The position numbers were made by a program, and so were the translations under genes. The notes under the pieces are model-generated. The model searched no databases. It was not told where the DNA came from and saw only the letters and a list, made by a program, of their open reading frames with translations. A stretch of DNA of 64,000 nucleotides from an uncultured delta proteobacterium (GTDB lineage Bacteria; Myxococcota_A; Polyangia; Polyangiales; B10-G4): NCBI GenBank assembly GCA_963727445.1, contig CAVSGI010000014.1:1-64000 (forward strand). The letters run 5' to 3'. Positions 58,594-64,000 of this stretch are shown here, piece after piece. Positions within the stretch are counted from its first letter, which is position 1, and each line of letters starts with the position of its first letter.

Positions 58594-60441
58594 TCAACCG
58601 ACGGTGGCGCCCGCAGGAACCGCGGGACTGCGACGCGGCACGTCGCCGTCGTCGTGATCGCCGCCGCCGTGTCCATGTCCGTCTCCGTCTCCGCCGCCGT
58701 CTCCGTCACCGTCACCACCGCCGCTGTCTCCGCCACCGCCGCCGTGACCGTGACCCGTTCCCCAGGTCGGCGCGGCGTCGCGCGGGACGATGCCGCCGGG
58801 CTGCAGATCGCGAAGCCCGCCCCCGCCCTGTGACGGGGGCGTGCGCAGGATGTAGGGCTCGGCGTTGAAAGTGCCGCACTGGCGCGCGTTCCGATAGAAG
58901 CCCCAGTGCACGTAGACCTTGCCGTCGCCGCTCAGGATGGACGAAGGCGCCTCGGGATAAGGCTGGCCGCGCATCACCGCGTTGTACGCGCCGTAGTCGA
59001 AGGGCAAGAGGCCGCTCGGCTTCACCACGCCGATGCGATGCACCGTCCCATCGCGGTTCAAGATGATCTCCAGCTTCGTCATCAGCGTGATGTCGGCGAA
59101 GGGAGAGGTCCCGCCCGCCGGCAGGCCGCCCAGGAACCGGTCCGCGTACTCGCGATGGATCCGCCGGTGCACCGCAGCGATGTAGGTCGCGAAGGGTGAG
59201 GCCGCCGCGTTGAGCGCGGTCTGATTACCGGGGCGCACGTTCGGCGTGAAGTTTTCGATGGCAGCGCGGAACTCGCGCCAGGTCTGCTCGCGGTTGTTGC
59301 CCCTGAGGCGCGACTGGCGCTCCTGGAGGTAATGCTCGCGCTCTTCGCGGAGCTGGTCCTCCGTCATCACCTCTTCGAACTGACTCCAGCTCACGCGCAG
59401 ATCGGGACCGACCCTGCCGCTGCCCCGACCAGCGCCGCGCTCGCCCACGCGCCCGCGCCCGATGCGCCCCGCGCGCCGTCCGCTGCCGGCCTCACCGCGA
59501 CCGAAGCCGGCGATGGCCGGCCCACCGCCGTCTCCCTCGCCCTCCCCTTCAGGTCGCTCGCGCACCGCGACGGTGAAGCTCCCGTTGCCGTCGTTGACCT
59601 CGATCAGATGCACGCGCTCGCCGCCGCCCGACCGCTGCGCGCCGCCTTCGTCGCCTCCGCGCGGGTCCGCGTCGGAGGATCCCGACGCCGAATCGGCCGA
59701 CGCGACCCGCCCGGTGTCTCCCCGCGCCTGTGTGGAGGGGGGAGGTGTGTCGGGCGCCTCGCGCGGCCGCTCCATGTTCGCTTCGATCTCGGTCGGCGTT
59801 CGGACGTCGCTTCCTTCCATCTCGCGCGCGTCGGCCACCTCCACGTCGTCGGCGTTGCCGAGCTCCTCGGACTCGGACTCCTCGGAGGGCATGCCCGCCG
59901 CCTGCTCCACGTCGTCGCGGGCGTAGTTCCTCAGGCGCGCCACCGTCTCCTCTTCGACGGTGTTGTTCTCCTCGGCGATGTAGTTGGTGTCCGGCGGCGG
60001 CTGATCCGGGTTCTGGCTCCGCTGCTGGATCGCCTGCTTGTTCATCGCCTCGGGCGGCGGCGTGGGCTGTGGCTCAACCTGAGCGACCTGCTGCTCTTCC
60101 TGCGGCTGCTCTTCTTCCTCTTGCTGCTCTTCCTGCTCGCGCTCTTCTTCCTGCGTCTCCTCGCGCCGCTCGCGCCGCTCGCGCCGAGCGCGCTCGCTTC
60201 CATCATCCGGCGCCTCCGGCGCTTCGACCGCTTCGTCCTGCGCGGCCTCGGCCGGCTCTTCGGCCATCGGCTCCCCCACCTCGAACTCGATCTCCACAGG
60301 AGGGGCGTTCGAGGCCACGTGCTCTTCGGCGAACTTCTTCGCGAGATAACCCAGCACCTCGTACACCGGCAGGTGGACCGCCAGCGACGCGAGGAGCGCG
60401 ATCGAGAAGACGATGAAGGTGGGCGGGAGGAAGCGGCGCAC
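58594..60441 (-). CDS. TonB C-terminal-domain protein with long acidic/Gly-rich linker
   Basis: N-terminal TM with SLAVH motif; KLEIILNRDGTVHRIGVVKPSGLLPFDYGAYNAVMRGQPYP. Confidence 0.8.
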   Translation of the reverse strand: MRRFLPPTFIVFSIALLASLAVHLPVYEVLGYLAKKFAEEHVASNAPPVEIEFEVGEPMAEEPAEAAQDEAVEAPEAPDDGSERARRERRERREETQEEEREQEEQQEEEEQPQEEQQVAQVEPQPTPPPEAMNKQAIQQRSQNPDQPPPDTNYIAEENNTVEEETVARLRNYARDDVEQAAGMPSEESESEELGNADDVEVADAREMEGSDVRTPTEIEANMERPREAPDTPPPSTQARGDTGRVASADSASGSSDADPRGGDEGGAQRSGGGERVHLIEVNDGNGSFTVAVRERPEGEGEGDGGGPAIAGFGRGEAGSGRRAGRIGRGRVGERGAGRGSGRVGPDLRVSWSQFEEVMTEDQLREEREHYLQERQSRLRGNNREQTWREFRAAIENFTPNVRPGNQTALNAAASPFATYIAAVHRRIHREYADRFLGGLPAGGTSPFADITLMTKLEIILNRDGTVHRIGVVKPSGLLPFDYGAYNAVMRGQPYPEAPSSILSGDGKVYVHWGFYRNARQCGTFNAEPYILRTPPSQGGGGLRDLQPGGIVPRDAAPTWGTGHGHGGGGGDSGGGDGDGDGGGDGDGHGHGGGDHDDGDVPRRSPAVPAGATVG

Positions 60442-60531
60442 GGTGGGCCTTGACTACTTATAGTCGCCCGGCGGCCGGAGCAACGCACGCCCCCATGAGC
60501 ACCGCGAAATCCGTCGGTTTTTCAGGACCCT

Positions 60532-61218
60532 TTAGCGGACCCGCACGGTGGCCCGTCCGGAGCCCGAGGCGCCCTGAGTCCGCACCGTCCCCGATCCCTG
60601 GACCCGCACCGTGCCCCGCGGCCGATTGTTCCGCCGGCGGTTCTGCTGGCGGACGGTCGTGGTGGGTCCCCGGGGAGGGCCGACCGTTCGGACGGTGGTC
60701 TGACCCCTGGGCTGCTGGACGACGGTGGTCGTGGTGCGGCCGCGGGGGCGGCCTCCGACCCGGATCGTCGCCCGGGGGGCAGCAGGCTGGACCACCACGT
60801 TGGTCCGCGGCCGCTGGACGACCACCCGGGAGCGGCCACTGGCCGGACGCCAGGAGCCGGTGACATAGACATACCCGTTTCCACGGCGCTCCCAGCGGGG
60901 CTGGATGTAGACGTGGTTCACGCGCCCCTGAACCCAGTAGCCGTTCATCCAGACGTACTGGTTCCCATTCCACTCCCAGTGGCCATCCACCCAGACCGAG
61001 TTCGGGTACGGCGCCGGGGGCCGCGCGTTGACCGCGATCGTCGCCTGGGCGGGTGGAGGCGCCTGATAGACCACGACACCTTGGGCCGCCGGAGCGCCGG
61101 CGGTCGCCGAGACGGTGCCCGAGTACGTCACGGTGCGGGCGGGCCGCGCCCGGACGTAGCAGCCGCTCGCGAAGAGGCCGACGAGGGCGAGGGCGGCAAG
61201 TGTGAGGGAGCGGATCAT
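60532..61218 (-). CDS. WxxGxW (YXWGXW) repeat lipoprotein
   Basis: Lipobox ASGC; VWVDGHWEWNGNQYVWMNGYW, YVYVTGSW; Arg-rich tail. Confidence 0.85.
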   Translation of the reverse strand: MIRSLTLAALALVGLFASGCYVRARPARTVTYSGTVSATAGAPAAQGVVVYQAPPPAQATIAVNARPPAPYPNSVWVDGHWEWNGNQYVWMNGYWVQGRVNHVYIQPRWERRGNGYVYVTGSWRPASGRSRVVVQRPRTNVVVQPAAPRATIRVGGRPRGRTTTTVVQQPRGQTTVRTVGPPRGPTTTVRQQNRRRNNRPRGTVRVQGSGTVRTQGASGSGRATVRVR

Positions 61219-61286
61219 GGGGCCTCCGGGGGCGCCGTGTGATCTCCTCGACACGGCGCGGGGGTTCGTGCTCTGGTCCGAGCAGT

Positions 61287-62415
61287 ATGACTGAGCTCGT
61301 ATTGGACGACGAGACTCTCTCCGAGCTTCATTCTTGGGGCTTCGATCGCGCGACTTTCGAAAAACTGAGGGAAAAGCTGAGATCTCGGGGGGATCTTCAG
61401 GCTGGTAACCGCATCTCGGGACGGGTGGAGGTGCCTCCCGAGGGGGCGGTCCGGACCCTGCCCAAGACCGGAGACGCGGCGCGAGGGGAGCTCGCGGCGG
61501 CCGGCCGTGCGGCGATCGCTCGGGGTGAGGTGGGGGTGGTGATCCTCGCCGGCGGGATGGCGACGCGCTTCGGCGGGGTGGTCAAGGCGCTGGTGCCAGC
61601 CATCGACGACCAGACCTTCCTCGATCTGAAGCTCCGGGACGTGCGGAGCGCGGCGGCGCGGAGCCAGGGGCGGATCCCCCTGCTCTTGATGAGCAGCTTC
61701 GCGACCGATGCCGCGATCCGCGAGGCCACCCTGGGCGCCGGCGACCGACGCGGTGCCGGTGGAGGTCTTCGCCCAGCACATCTCGATGCGCCTGACGCCA
61801 CAGGGGGACCTCTTCTGCGAGGCCGACGGCAGCCCTTCGCGCTACGCCCCGGGACACGGGGATCTGACCTTCGCCCTTCGCGAATCGGGCGTGCTCGCGC
61901 GTTTCCGCGAGGCGGGCGGCAAGGTCCTCTTCATGTCGAACGTCGACAACCTCCTCGCCACCGTCGACGAAGCGGTGATCGGCGCGCACCTCGCGTCGGG
62001 GGCCGAGGTCACCGTGGAGTGCGTCGACAAGGAGCCGGGGGACAAGGGCGGCGCGCCGGCGCTCGTGGATGGACGGCTCGAGATCGTCGAGTCCTTCCGC
62101 TTTCCCGAAGGCTTCGATCAGGACCGCATCGGCGTCTTCAACACCAACACCCTGCTCTTCGACGCCGCCGCCATCGATCGCGACTTCGACCTCTCGTGGT
62201 TCGCCGTCGAGAAGAAGGTGGACGGACGCGCCGCCATCCAGTTCGAGCACCTGGTCGGGCAGCTCACCGCGTTTCTTCCGTCTCACTTCCTGCGCGTCGA
62301 TCGCGACGGGCCGGACGGCCGCTTCGCACCGGTGAAGGATCCCGACGAGCTGGATCGGCGACGGCCACAGATCCGCGCGGCCCTCGAAGCGCGGGGCATC
62401 CTCGAAGCGACGTGA
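61287..62415 (+). CDS. UTP--glucose-1-phosphate uridylyltransferase, eukaryote-type UDPGP family; frameshift near 61730
   Basis: LAGGMATRFGG..K, PGHGD, SNVDNL, DKGG, FNTN, QFE, RFAPVK. Confidence 0.88.
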
Positions 62416-63566
62416 GCAGGGGCCCAAAGCACACCTTCGCCCTCGTGGCGCTCTTCGTGCTCGCTGGCTGCGACGAGGAGAGCCACAGCGACGTCGCCTG
62501 CGTCTTCGGTGACGAGCACCGCGTCGCCGCGGCGCGGGGCGGGTTCAGCACGGTCCGCGTCGCTGAGCTCGGCGATGGATTCGCCGCGATCTGGTCGAGC
62601 CACGAAGGCGCCTTCGTTCGCGCCATCGACGGCGAAGGCACGCCCACTGGCGCCCCCGTTCGAATCGGCGCCGGGTGCGATGCGGGGATGGACGCCGCCA
62701 CGACGGCGACCGGGCTGGCGGTCGCCTGTCTGATCGCGGCCGTGCCGGCACAGGACAAGCCCGGCTTGGTCTCTCTCGTCACCATCGACGACAGCGGGCA
62801 CATCCTGTCGCGCCGCACTGTCGGCGAGGTGGGCGAAGGCAGCCGCGGCATCAGCCTGGTGAGCAAGGATGGGCATCTCGCCCTCGCCTACTTCGACGGA
62901 GAGCGGCGCGCGGTGTTCTTCGCCGACGCGGACGAGGGGCCGAAGCCCGAGCCGCGGATGCTTTCTCGCGAAGGGCCGACGGCCGGCCCGCCACGGCTCT
63001 TCGTGGACGGCGACAGGCTCCTGGCGACCTGGGCCGAGACGGTCACCGATCCGATGAACGACACGCTCGTGGGCGAGGTGCTGATCTCGGATTTGGAGTC
63101 GGAGCCGGCGCGCTTCGCGAACGTGCTCTACGACGACGCCCAGCCCGTACTGACCCGCGACGCGGAGGGCTTGGTGGTGGGCTTTCGGGACGAGAACCCC
63201 GCCGGCTCCCGGGTCGGCCTCTTCACCGCGCGCGTCGGCGACGACCTCGAAAAGGACGGCGAGCTCTGGCGGGTGGGTCGTTCGGACGCGGCCTCTGGCG
63301 TCGCGCTCTTTCCCTGCGCCGGCGGCCTCTACGCCGTCGCGCCGCACACCTACAGCCGCCGGGAGATGCTGGTCGGCGTCTCCCGCCTCGACAGCCACCT
63401 CGATTCGATCGCTGGCGAGCGGCAGATCTACACCAGCGGCGCTCGCTACGAGCACGGCACCGGCACCTGCAGTGACGGCGCCGCACTGCTCCTCGTCGCC
63501 CAGCGCGCTCAGACGCCCTCGGGCGAAGCGGTGCTCAAGTCCATGACGCTGCGCTGCGACCGCTGA
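62412..63566 (+). CDS. Hypothetical lipoprotein, beta-propeller-like
   Basis: GTGA overlap with upstream stop; lipobox VLAGC; beta-rich repeats. Confidence 0.7.
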   Translation: MSRGPKHTFALVALFVLAGCDEESHSDVACVFGDEHRVAAARGGFSTVRVAELGDGFAAIWSSHEGAFVRAIDGEGTPTGAPVRIGAGCDAGMDAATTATGLAVACLIAAVPAQDKPGLVSLVTIDDSGHILSRRTVGEVGEGSRGISLVSKDGHLALAYFDGERRAVFFADADEGPKPEPRMLSREGPTAGPPRLFVDGDRLLATWAETVTDPMNDTLVGEVLISDLESEPARFANVLYDDAQPVLTRDAEGLVVGFRDENPAGSRVGLFTARVGDDLEKDGELWRVGRSDAASGVALFPCAGGLYAVAPHTYSRREMLVGVSRLDSHLDSIAGERQIYTSGARYEHGTGTCSDGAALLLVAQRAQTPSGEAVLKSMTLRCDR

Positions 63567-63614
63567 GCTCGGGCGCTTGCCCGGAGGTTCCGCACCTGAC
63601 ACAAGCGTCGGGTC

Positions 63615-64000
63615 GTGCCGCGCGTCATCCCAGAGCTCGCCCCCCCGAAGCATCCCCTCGAGCGCCTGCCCGAGGAGTGGGAGGCGACCCTCGCCGAGTG
63701 GGGCGAGCCGCGCTATCGCGCGCTTCAGATCTTCCACTGGATCCATCGCCGCGGGGTCACCGACGCCGCCGAGATGACGGATTTGTCGAAGAAGCTTCGC
63801 GCGCGACTCGTCGCCGACGGCCTGTCGATGCCCCTGAGCATCACCCACGTCCACACGTCCGCCGATCGGACGCGCAAGATGTTGGTGACCATGGGCGACG
63901 AGCGCACCGTGGAGACGGTTCTGATCCCGCAGCTCCGCGATGCCGACCCCGACCGCGACGACGAAGAGGACGAGGTGCTCCCGGGCCGCGTACCGGGCCC
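63615..64000 (+). CDS. rlmN: Dual-specificity RNA methyltransferase RlmN, 5' part (runs off the window)
   Basis: GEPRYRALQIFHWIH...EMTDLSKKLR...SADRTRKMLV...VETVLIP. Confidence 0.88.
   Translation, partial: MPRVIPELAPPKHPLERLPEEWEATLAEWGEPRYRALQIFHWIHRRGVTDAAEMTDLSKKLRARLVADGLSMPLSITHVHTSADRTRKMLVTMGDERTVETVLIPQLRDADPDRDDEEDEVLPGRVPG

Noticed and set aside
58660..58760. Hexamer microsatellite as an independent element
   Set aside because: Encodes the Gly/Asp/His low-complexity tail of the TonB-C protein
61239..63566. Single 775-aa UGPase-lipoprotein fusion
   Set aside because: Produced by a frameshift near 61730; the UGPase ends at 62415 and the lipoprotein has its own GTG and lipobox

Overview
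A high-GC bacterial window (roughly 70% by eye), most consistent with Myxococcota of the Polyangiales/Sandaracinaceae type. The evidence is MYXO-CTERM sorting tails, DUF4388-like and PEGA domains, a eukaryotic-like Ser/Thr kinase and a giant AgmK-like TPR protein. From about 9.2 kb to the end it is coherent chromosome, in order: giant TPR gene, GbsR-like regulator, HMG-CoA lyase, lipase-like lipoprotein, yceD-rpmF-fabH-fabG-acpP-fabF-rpiB, Ser/Thr kinase, MoxR/VWA pair, Gly-rich giant protein, hisS, tandem sensor kinases, DUF3604-like hydrolase plus sulfatase-like lipoprotein, multi-receiver protein, obgE, queG, two MYXO-CTERM paralogs, a 52-bp tandem array, a TonB-C protein, eukaryote-type UGPase and the start of rlmN. 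The first 9.2 kb is not ordinary. A 3.1 kb Thr/Pro repeat collides head-on with a beta-barrel gene. Next comes a full-length but strongly rewired DNA polymerase I paralog: steric-gate Glu and motif-B Tyr replaced, 5' nuclease motifs degenerate, catalytic Asp residues kept. Then 6.9-9.2 kb is a patchwork of 70-560 bp fragments of unrelated genes (pgk, groEL, rpoC and others), most probably an assembly or read chimera. Frameshifts cluster in 1-17 kb, 31.8-33.9 kb and 45.5-48.3 kb, which looks like low-coverage long-read error. No rRNA, tRNA, CRISPR array or transposase was recognised. All family calls are from motif recognition by eye; no database search was run.
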